Positions 18,960-30,469 of a stretch of DNA of 64,000 nt are shown here, one piece after another. The notes under the pieces are model-generated. The model ran no database searches, was not told the origin of the DNA, and saw only the letters and a list, made by a program, of their open reading frames with translations. The number at the start of each line of letters is the position of its first letter. The stretch's first letter is position 1. Origin of the DNA: an uncultured Actinomycetota bacterium. GTDB taxonomy: Bacteria; Actinomycetota; Actinomycetes; CAVWCF01. The stretch lies in contig CAVWCF010000001.1 in assembly GCA_963753435.1 (NCBI GenBank), positions 736,001 to 800,000 of the forward strand. The letters are read 5' to 3'. A program made the position numbers and the translations under genes.

Positions 18960-20044
18960 CGCTTGGACGACCGTTTCGGCTTCGCCTGCGGCTGCGCGCC
19001 CTCATGGCGGTGGTACGCGTCGACAATCTCGCTCACGAGGTGGTGCCGGACCACGTCGCCGCTGGTCAGCCAGCAGAAGGACACGTCCTCCAACCCCGAC
19101 AGGATGCCCTCCACCTGCCGCAGGCCGCTGGTGGAACCCGACGGCAGGTCCGTCTGCGTCACGTCCCCGGTCACGACCATCCGCGAGTTGAAGCCGAGGC
19201 GGGTGAGGAACATCTTCATCTGCTCCGGCGAGGTGTTCTGAGCCTCGTCCAGGATGACGAATGCGTCGTTGAGCGTTCGCCCACGCATGTAGGCCAGCGG
19301 CGCGACCTCGATCGTGCCCTGGGTCATCAACCTGGGGATCGCCTGCGGGTCCATCATGTCGTGCAGCGCGTCGTACAGCGGTCGCAGATAGGGGTCGATC
19401 TTCTCGTACAACGTGCCCGGCAAGTAGCCCAGCCGTTCCCCGGCCTCCACGGCCGGCCGGGTCAGGATGATGCGGCTGACCTGCTTGTCCTGAAGCGCCT
19501 GCACCGCCTTGGCCACAGCCAGGTAGGTCTTGCCGGTGCCGGCCGGGCCGATCCCGAAGACCACCGTGTGCTGATCGATGGCGTCGACGTAGCGCTTCTG
19601 GTTGAGGGTTTTCGGCCGGATCGTCCGGCCGCGGCCGGACAGCACGTTCATGGTGAGGACGTCGGCCGGTCGCTCATCGGTGTCTTCTCGCAGCATCTGC
19701 GCCGACCGGATCACCGCGTCCGCCGTCAGACCCTGACCAGTCCGGACGACGGTCACCATCTCGTCGATCAGCGACTCGACCAGGCCGACCTCGGCGGGAC
19801 TGCCGGTGACCGTGATCTCGTTGCCGCGAACGTGCAGGTCGGCCCCGCCGAACTGCGCCTCGATCACATCCAGGAACTCGTCATTGGCTCCTAGGAGCGC
19901 GACCATGGCCACACTGGCCGGCACGACGATCCGGTGCTCCACGTTTCGACCATCGGGGGCATTCCTGCTTGGTCCAACGGCAGGCTGTCTCGCGCCGGGC
20001 TGATCGGCGCTGGCCGCACTTGCACTGGGCTGGGCGTCACTCAT
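18956..20044 (-). CDS. phoH: PhoH family ATPase
   Basis: [35 protein letters not shown]; start taken at MSDAQ (20044). Confidence 0.95.
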   Translation of the reverse strand: MSDAQPSASAASADQPGARQPAVGPSRNAPDGRNVEHRIVVPASVAMVALLGANDEFLDVIEAQFGGADLHVRGNEITVTGSPAEVGLVESLIDEMVTVVRTGQGLTADAVIRSAQMLREDTDERPADVLTMNVLSGRGRTIRPKTLNQKRYVDAIDQHTVVFGIGPAGTGKTYLAVAKAVQALQDKQVSRIILTRPAVEAGERLGYLPGTLYEKIDPYLRPLYDALHDMMDPQAIPRLMTQGTIEVAPLAYMRGRTLNDAFVILDEAQNTSPEQMKMFLTRLGFNSRMVVTGDVTQTDLPSGSTSGLRQVEGILSGLEDVSFCWLTSGDVVRHHLVSEIVDAYHRHEGAQPQAKPKRSSKR

Positions 20045-20114
20045 GGGTGCGACCTCGCGATCGCGGACCTCCCTGTCAGCGTGGGCCCCACCATCGTAGA
20101 GCGCGCAGACGCGA

Positions 20115-20453
20115 TCAGCCGGGTGGCCAGGCCAGTTGCCGGCCGCCCAGCACGTGCGCGTGTACGTGAAAAACCGCCTGGCCGCCGTCGGCCCCGGTGT
20201 TGAACACGACGCGGTAGCCGCCCTCAAGAGCGCCACCCACCTGCGCCGCGACTGCGAGCACCTCCGCCGCCAATGCCGCGTCCGCATCGACCAGGCTCGC
20301 CATGTCGCGATGGTGCTCGACCGGGATGACCAGGATGTGGGTCGGCGCGACCGGATCGATGTCCCGGAACGCCAGGACGCGATCGGAACGGGTCACCACG
20401 TCGGCAGGAATCTTGCCGCCGACGATGTCGCAGAAGAGGCAGCTGTCCGTCAC
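20115..20453 (-). CDS. Histidine triad (HIT) nucleotide-binding protein
   Basis: CLFCDI...DIDPVAPTH...HVHAHVLGGR; GTG start overlaps the rsmE stop. Confidence 0.95.
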   Translation of the reverse strand: MTDSCLFCDIVGGKIPADVVTRSDRVLAFRDIDPVAPTHILVIPVEHHRDMASLVDADAALAAEVLAVAAQVGGALEGGYRVVFNTGADGGQAVFHVHAHVLGGRQLAWPPG

Positions 20454-21205
20454 GACACCCAAGAGTAGGTGTCCGCCCAGCGCCGCGTTCGGGATTGCAG
20501 CAGCGCCACGGCGATCGGTCCGGCTGTGGAGGTACGCAACACCTGCGGGCCGAGCCGGGCCTCCACGGCCCCGGCCCCGACCAGTTCCGTGCGTTCGCCG
20601 GTCGTCAAACCGCCCTCGGGGCCGACCACCACGAGCACCGTGCCGCTGTCGGGCACGTCCACGTCCACCACCGAGGTCGGCACCCCGGCTTCCAGCACCA
20701 CGGCAAGGTCCGCCGCAGCGCACATTTCGACGACCGCAGCGGTACCGGCCAGGGCCGTCACGTCGGGCACGAACGGTCGCCGTGACTGCTTGGCCGACTC
20801 CCGGGCCGTGGTGGCCCAGCGATCCCGGCCGCGCTCGACCTTGTCCCCGGCCCAGCGGGCCACGCACCGCTGCGCGGCCCAGGGCACGATCCGGTCGACA
20901 CCGGCTTCGGTGAGCATGGCGACGGTCAAGTCGGCGCGCTCGCCCTTGGGCAGCGCTTGCACGACGCAGATCTGTGGGGTCGGCGTCGGCAGCGTTTGCT
21001 CTGTCTCCACACGAACGTCGACCCCGGCGGCGTTGACCGCATCGACGCGGCCGGAGCCGATCCACCCCGCCCCGTCGGACAACAAGCACGTTTCACCAAC
21101 TCGGAGCCGATGCACCCGACCGGCGTGCCGACCCTCCGCACCTGTCAGCGAAACCAACTGGCCGATCGCCGCTGCGGCGTCGACCAGGAACAGGGGCGGA
21201 CTCAC
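20450..21205 (-). CDS. rsmE: 16S rRNA m3U1498 methyltransferase RsmE
   Basis: ESAKQSRR, VVGPEGG, LGPQVLRTSTA. Confidence 0.96.
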   Translation of the reverse strand: MSPPLFLVDAAAAIGQLVSLTGAEGRHAGRVHRLRVGETCLLSDGAGWIGSGRVDAVNAAGVDVRVETEQTLPTPTPQICVVQALPKGERADLTVAMLTEAGVDRIVPWAAQRCVARWAGDKVERGRDRWATTARESAKQSRRPFVPDVTALAGTAAVVEMCAAADLAVVLEAGVPTSVVDVDVPDSGTVLVVVGPEGGLTTGERTELVGAGAVEARLGPQVLRTSTAGPIAVALLQSRTRRWADTYSWVS

Positions 21206-22302
21206 CGACCCGAGAAGGCTCCGCGGACGCGGTCCATGAAGGTGCGCCCGGCCGAGCCCAGCTTCGGCGCCGGCCGCTCCTCCCCCCGCAGCCGGGCCAG
21301 CTCCTGCAGCAGCGACTCCTGGCGGGAGTCCAGCCGGGTGGGGACTACGACTTCAACGTGCAAGCGCAGGTCGCCGCGACCGCCCGTGCGCAGTCGGGGC
21401 ATGCCGCGCTCGGGAACGACGACCACTTCGCCCGGCTGGGTGCCGGCCGGCAGGTTCAACTCCACGGGACCGTCCAGCCCCTCCAGCACCATCGACGCCC
21501 CCAGCGCGGCGGCGGTCATCGGCAACTCGACGCTGCAGTGCAAGTCGTCGTTGCGTCGGGTGAACACCGGGTCCGGCCGCACCGCCACCTCGACGTAGAG
21601 GTCGCCGTTGGGTCCACCGCCGGGCCCGGCCTCGCCCTCGCCAGCCAGGTGAATGCGCATGCCGTCGGCAATGCCGGCCGGGATCTTCACATCCAGGTTT
21701 CGGCGGGTCAGGACCCGGCCCTCACCGGCGCACTCCGGGCAGGGGTTGGGCAGCACGGTCCCGTAGCCGCGGCACTGCGGGCACGGCCGGTTGGTGACCA
21801 CCTGGCCGAGGAAGGAGCGCTGCACCGACTGAACCTCGCCGCGCCCCTTGCAGAGATCACAAGTAGCAACATCGGTTCCCGGTGCCGCGCACCGACCGTC
21901 GCAGGTGGGACACACCACGGCGGTGTCCAGTTGCATGGTGCGCACCCCGGTCTCCAGCGTCTCGGCGAGATCCAGTTCGACCCGGACCAGGGCATCCTGC
22001 CCGGGCCGGCGACGCTCGCGCGGTCCACGTTGGCCACCGCCGAAAAACGCGTCGACGATGTCGCTGAAACCGAACCCGGCCCCGAAACCGGCCATCCCCT
22101 CGGCGCCGGCGTCGTAGCGACGACGCCGCTCCGGGTCGCTCAGGGTCTCGAAGGCCACCGTGACCTCTTTGAACCGCTCAGAAGCAGCCGGGTCCGGGTT
22201 CACGTCCGGGTGCAGTTGCCGCGCCAACCGGCGGTAGGCCTTCTTGATCTCCTCCGGCTGGGCGTCGCGGGCGACGCCGAGAACCTCGTAGTGATCGGCC
22301 AC
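21202..22302 (-). CDS. dnaJ: Molecular chaperone DnaJ (DnaJ2 type)
   Basis: J-domain HPD and four CxxCxGxG-like repeats. Confidence 0.97.
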   Translation of the reverse strand: MADHYEVLGVARDAQPEEIKKAYRRLARQLHPDVNPDPAASERFKEVTVAFETLSDPERRRRYDAGAEGMAGFGAGFGFSDIVDAFFGGGQRGPRERRRPGQDALVRVELDLAETLETGVRTMQLDTAVVCPTCDGRCAAPGTDVATCDLCKGRGEVQSVQRSFLGQVVTNRPCPQCRGYGTVLPNPCPECAGEGRVLTRRNLDVKIPAGIADGMRIHLAGEGEAGPGGGPNGDLYVEVAVRPDPVFTRRNDDLHCSVELPMTAAALGASMVLEGLDGPVELNLPAGTQPGEVVVVPERGMPRLRTGGRGDLRLHVEVVVPTRLDSRQESLLQELARLRGEERPAPKLGSAGRTFMDRVRGAFSGR

Positions 22303-23312
22303 TACCGCTCCGACAGGAATCGGCTCAGGTAGCGCGCCACCGCGGCCACCGTCGACATGGTCGCCGGGTAGTCCATCCGGGTCGGGCCGACTACGCCCAA
22401 CTGGGCGGAGGTCTGTCCCACCCCGTAGACACTGGAGACGGTCGAGGTGGTTTGTAGTTTGCGCTCCTCGTTCTCGGCGCCGATTCGCACCGTCACCGTG
22501 CTCGGGTCCTCCACCTGGTCGAACAGGTGCAGCAGGACGACCTGCTCCTCCAATGCCTCCAGCACCGACGCGACGTAGACATCCGAACCCTTGGCGGCGA
22601 GGTTTGCGGCCCCGCCGATCACGAGCCGGTCCTCCCGTTGGGCCAGCAGGACGTCACTCAACCCCGCCACGATCGCAGCCACCGACTCCCGGGTGGCCTC
22701 ATCTCCGGCCTCGGTGAGGTCGGCCAACAATCCAGGCACGTCGGCCATCAACCGACCCGAAGCCACATTGTTCAGCCGAGTACGCAGGTCCGCGACGTCA
22801 TCGTCGGTCAACGGTTGCACGACCTCGATGATCGACTGGTCGACGCGACCGGAGCTGGACACGACCAGGAGCACCAGTCGCGTCTGTGACAACGGCACCA
22901 GTTCGATCTGCCGAACCGTGGAAGTGGACAGCAACGGGTACCGGACAACCGCCACCTGTCTGGTCACCTGCGCCAGCAGACGAACGGTTCGCTGAATGAC
23001 CTCGTCCAGGTCGACGACGCCGGTCAGGAAACCCTCGATGGCCCGCCGTTCGGCCGCGCTGAGCGGCTTGACGCGGTCCAGACTGTCGACGAACAGCCGG
23101 TAGCCGCGGTCCGTGGGAATGCGTCCGGCGGAGGTGTGCGGCTGCATGATGTAGCCCTCGTCCTCAAGCGCCGCCATGTCGTTGCGAACCGTGGCCGGGG
23201 AAACGCCGAGCCGATGTCGCTCGACTAGGGCCTTGGAACCGACCGGTTCTTGGGTTGCGACGTAGTCCTCAACGATCGCGCGCAGGACGTCCAGGCGACG
23301 GTCGTTCGTCAC
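22302..23312 (-). CDS. hrcA: Heat-inducible transcription repressor HrcA
   Basis: [32 protein letters not shown]; start taken at GTG 23312. Confidence 0.97.
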   Translation of the reverse strand: MTNDRRLDVLRAIVEDYVATQEPVGSKALVERHRLGVSPATVRNDMAALEDEGYIMQPHTSAGRIPTDRGYRLFVDSLDRVKPLSAAERRAIEGFLTGVVDLDEVIQRTVRLLAQVTRQVAVVRYPLLSTSTVRQIELVPLSQTRLVLLVVSSSGRVDQSIIEVVQPLTDDDVADLRTRLNNVASGRLMADVPGLLADLTEAGDEATRESVAAIVAGLSDVLLAQREDRLVIGGAANLAAKGSDVYVASVLEALEEQVVLLHLFDQVEDPSTVTVRIGAENEERKLQTTSTVSSVYGVGQTSAQLGVVGPTRMDYPATMSTVAAVARYLSRFLSER

Positions 23313-23373
23313 ATGCACCTCCCGCGATCCCCGCTGTTCTGGATTGCCGCTGGTCCCGATCGCCACGGGTCCA

Positions 23374-23400
23374 TTGGCACTCGTCTCAATTGAGTGCCAA
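23374..23400. promoter_or_regulatory. CIRCE operator (HrcA binding site)
   Basis: TTGGCACTC-N9-GAGTGCCAA perfect inverted repeat upstream of hrcA-dnaJ (consensus TTAGCACTC-N9-GAGTGCTAA). Confidence 0.93.
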
Positions 23401-23402
23401 GT

Positions 23403-24608
23403 CTAGCCTTCCGAATCGATCAGCGCCCGCGCCACCGAGTCAGCCAGCAAGCGGCCCCTTCGCGTTAGCCGCACCGAACCGGACTCGCCCACGGCAGCCA
23501 CCAGCCCCTCGGCGTGCAGGTGGTCCAGCACCTCCGGTGGCGAAGCCGTCCAAGGCTGCGCCAGGCGGGTTCGCAGCATTGCCGCTTCCATGCGCTGCTG
23601 CTCGGGGGCCAACTCCTCCCGCGCGGCCGCCGGTGCGCGCCCAGCGGCGAGGCGGCCGGCGTACTCGGCGGGGTGCTTGACGTTCCACCACCGCAAGCCG
23701 CCGATGTGGCTGTGCGCACCCGGACCGAGTCCCCACCAGTTCTGCCCGGTCCAGTAGCCGAGGTTGTGCCGACACTGCGACTGCGGGTCTCGCGCCCAGT
23801 TGGATATCTCGTACCAGGAGTACCCGGCCGCGGTCAGCAGGTCATCGGCGATCTCGTACCGGTCGGCGAGTGCGTCGTCGCTGGGCGTCGCCACGACCCC
23901 ACGCCGCACCTGGGCAGCCAAGCGAGTACCCGGCTCCACGACCAATGCGTAGGCGGAGATGTGATCCGGCCGCATCTCGACGACGGCTCGCAGGGATCGC
24001 TCCCAATCCGCATCCGTCTCGCCGGGGGCGCCGTAGATCAGGTCGACGCTGACCTGAAGGCCGACCCGGCGCGCGGCCGCCACCAGCGGGGCGACGCGCT
24101 CGGGGTCGTGGGTTCGATCCAGCGCCGCCAGGACCTGCGACACCGTGGACTGCACCCCGAAGGAGATCCTGGTGACGCCGGCCTGCACCAACGCGTCGAG
24201 TTCGGTTGCGTCGATGCTGTCGGGGTTGGACTCGACGGTGACCTCGGCGTCCGCGGCTACGGCGAAGTGCGAACGCACCGTCGCCAGCAGGCGAGACAGT
24301 CCGTCGACGCCGAGCAGGGTTGGCGTTCCGCCTCCGACGAACACCGTTTCGGCGGCCGGCCGCTGGGCACCGAGGACGTCACCGGCCAGGGCCGCCTCAG
24401 CGGCAAGCGCATCCAGGTAGGCGTCCTGCGACAGCCGACCGCCCAGTTCAGCCGGCGTGTACGTGTTGAAGTCGCAGTAACCGCACCGGACCCGACAGAA
24501 CGGCACGTGGACATAGACGCCCAGATCCCTACCGGCAAGGTCCGCCAGCGCCCATGCCGGTAACTCCCCGCTGTCCGGAGCCGGGATACCGCTGGGCAGT
24601 TCAGGCAC
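23403..24608 (-). CDS. hemW: Radical SAM heme chaperone HemW
   Basis: YVHVPFCRVRCGYCDF, GGGTPT, YEISNW, HNLGYW; next to hrcA. Confidence 0.93.
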   Translation of the reverse strand: MPELPSGIPAPDSGELPAWALADLAGRDLGVYVHVPFCRVRCGYCDFNTYTPAELGGRLSQDAYLDALAAEAALAGDVLGAQRPAAETVFVGGGTPTLLGVDGLSRLLATVRSHFAVAADAEVTVESNPDSIDATELDALVQAGVTRISFGVQSTVSQVLAALDRTHDPERVAPLVAAARRVGLQVSVDLIYGAPGETDADWERSLRAVVEMRPDHISAYALVVEPGTRLAAQVRRGVVATPSDDALADRYEIADDLLTAAGYSWYEISNWARDPQSQCRHNLGYWTGQNWWGLGPGAHSHIGGLRWWNVKHPAEYAGRLAAGRAPAAAREELAPEQQRMEAAMLRTRLAQPWTASPPEVLDHLHAEGLVAAVGESGSVRLTRRGRLLADSVARALIDSEG

Positions 24609-24623
24609 GGGCTGAGCGTGCCA

Positions 24624-26465
24624 TCACCCGGCGGCAGCTCCGGTGAACATGTCCTCGATCAGGTCGGCGTAGTGGTCCTGAACCGCCTTGCGCTTGACCT
24701 TCAGGCTGGGCGTCAACTCCCCGGACTCCACGGTCAGGTCGTGTGGCAGCACTCGGAACTGCTTGATCCGCTCCCACTTGTTCAGGGACTCGTTCAACTC
24801 GGCCACGCGGGCCTCGAGGTAAGCATGCATCTCCGGCGACGCGGTGACCGCTGCGGCATCACCAGCCACGCCGTTGGCCTCCGCCCAGTCCTTCAGGCCA
24901 TCGGGATCCAGGCTGATCAGCGCCCCGGCGTAGTTGCGCACCACGACGACCATCTGGCTGGCCACCGGGCAAACGGCCTTGAAGTTGGCTTCGATGGCCT
25001 GCGGCGAGATGTACTTGCCTCCGGACGTCTTGACCAGGTCCTTCTTGCGGTCGGTGATCCGCAGCCGGCCTATGTCGTCGAGTTCACCGATATCGCCAGT
25101 CGCGAACCAGTTGCCGACCCCTTCGGGGAATGCTTCAGCCGTCTGCTCGGGCAGGTTGTGGTAGCCGCGCATGACCCCGGGACCCCGCACCATGATTTCG
25201 CCGTCGCCGGCGATGCGGAACTCCATACCAGGGAATGGTTCGCCGACGGAGCCGAAGGACAGCAGGTCAGGTCGCAGGATGCAGGAGCCGGCCGAGGTCT
25301 CGGTGAGTCCGTAGCCCTCCAGGATCGGCATGCCCGCCGCCGCGAACCATTCGGCAACATCGCCGGACAGGGCCGCGCTGCCGGACACGAAGAATCTGAT
25401 GTGGCCACCCATGCGTTGCCGCACCTTGGAGAAGACCAACGCGTCGGCGATCTTGAACTGTGCGGAGTCCAGTGCCGATGGGTTGCGACCTTCGGACTTG
25501 GCCCGGGCCACCCGACGACCGACCCCGACCGCCCAGGAGTAGATGGAGTGCTTGACGCCACCCTCGGCCTCGGACATGGAGTTGACCCGGCCGTAGATCT
25601 TCTCGAAGATGCGCGGCGCTCCGGCCATGAATGTCGGCTTGATCTCGCCGATGTTCTCCACGATCTTGTCAATGCGGCCGTCGACGTACGTCTGGAAACC
25701 GCACGCGATCTGGACCGCCTGCAGCACCTTGCCGAACGAGTGCGACAGCGGCAGCCACAGGTACTGCACATCCTCAGGTTTGAGAATGTTCGTGGCATCG
25801 ACCGCGGCGCCTTCGAAGGCCCAGCAGGAATGCAGGAGTTCAACGCCCTTCGGTCGACCGGTGGTCCCGGACGTGTAGATCAGCGTGGCCAGGCTGTCCG
25901 GACCCAGTTTGGCGACGCGCTCGTCAACGGCACCCGGGTTCTCCTGCAGCAGCTCGGCACCCAACGCCTCCAGGTCATCCAGCGACAAGACCCAGTCCCC
26001 GTCCGGGGTGCCGTCGAAGGTGACGACCTTGGACAGGGCCGGGAGTTCGCCGCGCTTGTCCTTGAGTTTGGCGATCTGCTCGTCGTCCTCGGCGAAGACG
26101 ACCTTGGTCTTGGAGTCGCTGAGGATGTAGGCGACGTCATCTGCGCCGGTGGACGGGTACACGGTCGTGGTGGCACCGCCGGACAGCATCACGCCCAGGT
26201 CGGCCAGCAGCCACTCGATCCGTGTCGTGCTGGTGATGGCAACGCGTTCCTCCATGTCCACGCCCAGTGCGATCAGCCCGCCGGCGATGCGGCGCGCCCG
26301 GTCGGCAGTCTGCGCCCAGGTGAGCTTGCCGATGCCGCTTCGCTCCGGGAAGGTGAACGCCACCCGGTCCGGTGACTGTTCCACCCGGCTCAAGAACAGA
26401 TGGGTGAAGGACTGCGCCACCTCGCCGAGTGGCTCACGCGCTGTGGCGATTGTTGGTGCGGACAC
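24624..26465 (-). CDS. Long-chain fatty-acid--CoA ligase (AMP-dependent synthetase)
   Basis: YTSGTTGRPKG, EGYGLTET, TGDIG, DRKKDL, ELTPSLKVKR. Confidence 0.93.
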   Translation of the reverse strand: MSAPTIATAREPLGEVAQSFTHLFLSRVEQSPDRVAFTFPERSGIGKLTWAQTADRARRIAGGLIALGVDMEERVAITSTTRIEWLLADLGVMLSGGATTTVYPSTGADDVAYILSDSKTKVVFAEDDEQIAKLKDKRGELPALSKVVTFDGTPDGDWVLSLDDLEALGAELLQENPGAVDERVAKLGPDSLATLIYTSGTTGRPKGVELLHSCWAFEGAAVDATNILKPEDVQYLWLPLSHSFGKVLQAVQIACGFQTYVDGRIDKIVENIGEIKPTFMAGAPRIFEKIYGRVNSMSEAEGGVKHSIYSWAVGVGRRVARAKSEGRNPSALDSAQFKIADALVFSKVRQRMGGHIRFFVSGSAALSGDVAEWFAAAGMPILEGYGLTETSAGSCILRPDLLSFGSVGEPFPGMEFRIAGDGEIMVRGPGVMRGYHNLPEQTAEAFPEGVGNWFATGDIGELDDIGRLRITDRKKDLVKTSGGKYISPQAIEANFKAVCPVASQMVVVVRNYAGALISLDPDGLKDWAEANGVAGDAAAVTASPEMHAYLEARVAELNESLNKWERIKQFRVLPHDLTVESGELTPSLKVKRKAVQDHYADLIEDMFTGAAAG

Positions 26466-26538
26466 TGCTCCTCCAAGGGCCGCGGACTTCTGCCAACCGT
26501 AATCCGCAGCGGCCGATTGCGCGCGCGGATTCGCCGAC

Positions 26539-28395
26539 TCACCGGTCGGTCTTGGCCGCCTCGGAGTCGGTAGACAGCGCGGCGATGAAGGCCTCCTGAG
26601 GCACCTCGACGCGCCCCACCATCTTCATCCGCTTCTTGCCCTCCTTCTGCTTTTCCAGCAGTTTGCGCTTACGGGTGATGTCACCGCCGTAGCACTTGGC
26701 CAAAACGTCCTTGCGGATGGCGCGCACGTTCTCGCGGGCGATCACCCGGCTGCCGATCGCGGCCTGGATCGGCACCTCGAACTGCTGCCTGGGAATCAGT
26801 TCCTTCAGGCGCGCCGTCATGGCGGTGCCGTACGCGTACGCCTTGTCCTTGTGGACGATCGCGCTGAAGGCGTCCACCGGCTCACCGTGCAGGAGGATGT
26901 CCACTTTGACCAGATCGGCGGCCTGCTCGCTGGAAGGTTCGTAGTCCAGGGACGCGTAGCCGCGGGTGCGCGACTTCAGGGCATCGAAGAAGTCGAACAC
27001 GATCTCCGCCAGCGGCAGCGTGTATCGCAATTCCACCCGCTCGGGGGACAGGTAGTCCATGGCCAGCAGTTGGCCGCGCCGGGCCTGACACAACTCCATG
27101 ACAGTCCCCGTGAACTCCGCCGGCGCCAGCACGGTGGCCTTGACCACCGGCTCGAAGACCTGGCTCAACTTGCCGGTGGGGAACTCGCTCGGGTTGGTGA
27201 CGATGTGCTCGGTGCCGTCCTCCATCTGCGCCCGGTAGACCACGTTGGGCGCCGTGGAAATCAGGTCCAGGCCGAACTCCCGCTCCAGGCGCTCCCGGAC
27301 GATCTCCAGGTGCAGCAGGCCGAGGAAGCCGCACCGGAAGCCGAAGCCCAATGCCGCCGACGTCTCCGGCTCGTAGACAAGCGCCGCATCGTTGAGTTGC
27401 AGTTTGTCCAGAGCGTCCCGCAGCGCCGGGTAGTCCGATCCGTCGATCGGATACAGCCCGCTGAACACCATCGGCTTGGGGTCGGAGTAGCCCGGCAACG
27501 CCGTTGCCGCGCGGGCACCGGCCAACGTGATCGTGTCGCCGACTCGGGACTGGCGCACATCCTTGACCCCGGTCATCAGGTAGCCCACCTCCCCGACAGA
27601 CAAGCCGCGGGAGGCGACCGGTTCCGGCGAGATGACCCCGATCTCGAGCGTCTCGTGCTCGGCGTGGGTGGACATCATGCGGATGCGGTCCCGTGCCGAC
27701 AGAACCCCGTCGATCACGCGCACGTAGGTCACGACGCCGCGGTACGTGTCGTAAACCGAGTCGAAAATGAGGGCTCGAGCAGGTTGATCGGCTTGACCAA
27801 CCGGCGCCGGGATCTGGCGCACGATTTCGTCCAGGAGGTGGCCCACCCCTTCGCCCGTCTTTCCCGAGACCCGCAGGCAGTCGTGCGGCTCGCAACCGAT
27901 AAGAGCGGCCAACTCCGCCGCGAACCGGTCGGGTTGGGCGGCCGGCAAGTCGATCTTGTTCAGCACCGGGATGACATGCAGATCGTTGTCCAGCGCCATG
28001 TAGAGGTTGGCGAGGGTCTGCGCCTCGATTCCCTGGGCTGCGTCGACGAGGAGCACCGCCCCCTCACATGCGGCCAGACTGCGACTCACCTCGTAGGAGA
28101 AATCCACGTGGCCGGGGGTGTCGATCATGTTCAGGACGAACGGTTCCCCGTTGAGATCCCCCGACGCGACGGTCCAGGGCATGCGCACAGCCTGGCTTTT
28201 GATGGTGATGCCGCGCTCGCGTTCGATGTCCATGCGGTCCAGGTATTGGGCCCGCATCTGGCGCGCCCCGAGCACCCCGGTCTGCTCAAGCATGCGGTCG
28301 GCCAGCGTCGACTTGCCGTGGTCGATGTGCGCAATGATGCAGAAGTTGCGCAGCCGATCCGGCGGCGTGGTGCTGGGGGCGAACGTCTCGGACAC
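26539..28395 (-). CDS. lepA: Translation elongation factor 4 (LepA)
   Basis: [47 protein letters not shown]; start approximated at GTG 28395. Confidence 0.98.
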   Translation of the reverse strand: MSETFAPSTTPPDRLRNFCIIAHIDHGKSTLADRMLEQTGVLGARQMRAQYLDRMDIERERGITIKSQAVRMPWTVASGDLNGEPFVLNMIDTPGHVDFSYEVSRSLAACEGAVLLVDAAQGIEAQTLANLYMALDNDLHVIPVLNKIDLPAAQPDRFAAELAALIGCEPHDCLRVSGKTGEGVGHLLDEIVRQIPAPVGQADQPARALIFDSVYDTYRGVVTYVRVIDGVLSARDRIRMMSTHAEHETLEIGVISPEPVASRGLSVGEVGYLMTGVKDVRQSRVGDTITLAGARAATALPGYSDPKPMVFSGLYPIDGSDYPALRDALDKLQLNDAALVYEPETSAALGFGFRCGFLGLLHLEIVRERLEREFGLDLISTAPNVVYRAQMEDGTEHIVTNPSEFPTGKLSQVFEPVVKATVLAPAEFTGTVMELCQARRGQLLAMDYLSPERVELRYTLPLAEIVFDFFDALKSRTRGYASLDYEPSSEQAADLVKVDILLHGEPVDAFSAIVHKDKAYAYGTAMTARLKELIPRQQFEVPIQAAIGSRVIARENVRAIRKDVLAKCYGGDITRKRKLLEKQKEGKKRMKMVGRVEVPQEAFIAALSTDSEAAKTDR

Positions 28396-28533
28396 GCGCT
28401 TCCTGAGGTCTGGTGCGGTTGACGGCGGGCGAGCCCGTCGGGGAGTTGATGCTGAGCCTGGACGGCCATGCTCCCATGCCGAGGTAGCGCGCCCGCACAT
28501 CGTGGAGCAGGCCGACGAACCTAGGCTGCGCGG

Positions 28534-29040
28534 ATGCTCGACCGGCTAAGGCGGCTCTTCGGCCGCAAGTCCACCAAGACGCGACCCGCGCCGGCGGCTT
28601 CGCCAACGCGTGGCCGCGCAGTCGTTGGCGAGGCTCCGCCCTATGGCGGGGCACGCGACCACGTCGGCGGAGCGCGGATCTCCTACCGACCCGACCGCGA
28701 CGGCGAGCCCGACCCTGGTGAGGTCGTTTGGTGCTGGGTGCCGTTCGAGGACGACCCGAGCCGGGGCAAGGACCGGCCGGTGATCGTGATGGGCCACGTG
28801 GAGTACTTCCCAGAGTTGCTGGTGGTCCAGTTATCCAGCCAGGAACGGCACCGGGGCGAAGCCGGCTGGGTCGGCATCGGCACCGGCCGCTGGGACTCCA
28901 AACGCCGGGACAGTTACGCCGACGTCAATCGGCCGCTGGCCGTGGCCATGACGGCGGTCCGCCGCGAGGGCGGCACCCTGCCTAGGGACCGGTTCGATGA
29001 GGTAGCCGCGGCACTGCGCGATCGCTACGGCTACCACTAG
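28534..29040 (+). CDS. PemK/MazF-like family protein (orphan, lepA-divergent)
   Basis: [35 protein letters not shown] motifs. Confidence 0.85.
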   Translation: MLDRLRRLFGRKSTKTRPAPAASPTRGRAVVGEAPPYGGARDHVGGARISYRPDRDGEPDPGEVVWCWVPFEDDPSRGKDRPVIVMGHVEYFPELLVVQLSSQERHRGEAGWVGIGTGRWDSKRRDSYADVNRPLAVAMTAVRREGGTLPRDRFDEVAAALRDRYGYH

Positions 29041-29152
29041 GCCCAAGCGCGGTTTGGCCGGGGCGGCGCCGCCTTGATACCCTCGCCTGTCGCTCCAAGT
29101 GTTCATTTCCCGGTGGCGACGCACCGCAATCCCCGAACGACGAAGGCGACCC

Positions 29153-29419
29153 GTGGCGAACATCAAGTCCCAGATCAAGCGAATCCGCACCAATGAGCTG
29201 GCTCGCCAGCGCAACAAGGCTGTTCGCACGTCCCTGAAGTCCGCTGTGCGCCGTTTCCGCGAGGCCGCAGACTCCGGCGACACGGCCACCGCTGAGGTCG
29301 CCCTGCGCGACGCGTCCCGCGCTCTGGACCGTGCCGCTTCCTCCGGCGTCATCCACAGCAACCAGGCAGCCAACCGCAAGTCAGCTATGGCTCGCCGCCT
29401 GGCCACCCTCAGTTCCTGA
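29153..29419 (+). CDS. rpsT: 30S ribosomal protein S20
   Basis: [14 protein letters not shown]...[13 protein letters not shown]; GTG start at 29153. Confidence 0.98.
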   Translation: MANIKSQIKRIRTNELARQRNKAVRTSLKSAVRRFREAADSGDTATAEVALRDASRALDRAASSGVIHSNQAANRKSAMARRLATLSS

Positions 29420-29441
29420 CGCTTGGCAGCCACGAGCAGTC

Positions 29442-30428
29442 CTAGGGCTGCTCGCTGTCCCCAGTTGCTCCCCGGCACACCGCAACCACCGCGCGCTCCA
29501 GCGCGTACCCCTTGGCCCGGCCGTCCTGATCGGACTTGACGGCTTCATCAGCCAGCGCCACCGCCGCCAGCGCGTCGGCCAATCGGGCCTGATTCCACGG
29601 ACCAGCCTGGCGGCGCACCCGCTCCAGTTTCCACGGCTGAATACCCAGCTCCCGGGCCGCATCGGCGGCACGCACTCCCCGCGGCAGGTTCCGTAGCCGC
29701 ACGATGGTCCGCAGCGACGCGGCCAGCGAGCCGACGATCAGCACCGGTGGGGTGCCCGTGTCCACCGCCGACCGAAGCGATGCGACCGCTTCAGCGGTAC
29801 GGCCTTCGATGGCGGCGTCGGCGACCTCCCAGCCCTTCACTTCCGCGCGCCCGGCGTAGTACCGGCGGACCGTTTCGACGTCGACTCGGCCGGTGGTGTC
29901 GGCCAGCAGCTGCCGGCAGGCCGCGACCACGTCGACCAAGTCATCGCCGACCGCATCCACCAACGCCTGGGCGGCATCGTTGGTGATCTGCCGGCCGGCC
30001 GTATCGAATTCCTTGCGCACGAACCCGGCCCGGTCGGACTTCTTGACCTCGCTGACCGTGATCGTGTGATCGGCGACCTCGCGCGCCCGCTTCAACACTG
30101 CGGCGCCCTTGTTGCCCTTGGCCGCGTGGGTGATGACCAACTGCAGGTGCTCGGGACGATCTGCCAGCAGGCCCAGGACCGCATCGGATGTGTCCGCGAC
30201 CAGCGCATCCGCCCCGGTTATCACCACCAACACCGGTTCGGCGAACAGGCTCGGCGCGACCAGATCGGCAACCGCGGCATCGTCGACATCCTCAGCCAGC
30301 ACCTTCACGACCCGAAGGTCGGCGGCGGCAGCCTTGGCCTGCTCGACGACCTCGTCGACGGCGCGCGCGGCGAGCACCGGCTCGGGCCCTTCGATCAGGG
30401 TTACTCCCGCCACCTCCGCCGACGCCAC
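29442..30428 (-). CDS. holA: DNA polymerase III delta subunit
   Basis: Conserved comEC-holA/rpsT context; ALVDAVGDDL, YYAGRAEV, ADEAVK. Confidence 0.92.
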   Translation of the reverse strand: MASAEVAGVTLIEGPEPVLAARAVDEVVEQAKAAAADLRVVKVLAEDVDDAAVADLVAPSLFAEPVLVVITGADALVADTSDAVLGLLADRPEHLQLVITHAAKGNKGAAVLKRAREVADHTITVSEVKKSDRAGFVRKEFDTAGRQITNDAAQALVDAVGDDLVDVVAACRQLLADTTGRVDVETVRRYYAGRAEVKGWEVADAAIEGRTAEAVASLRSAVDTGTPPVLIVGSLAASLRTIVRLRNLPRGVRAADAARELGIQPWKLERVRRQAGPWNQARLADALAAVALADEAVKSDQDGRAKGYALERAVVAVCRGATGDSEQP

Positions 30429-30469
30429 GGCGGCAGCATGCCAGCCAGGGGTGACGAGACTCGCCGCCC

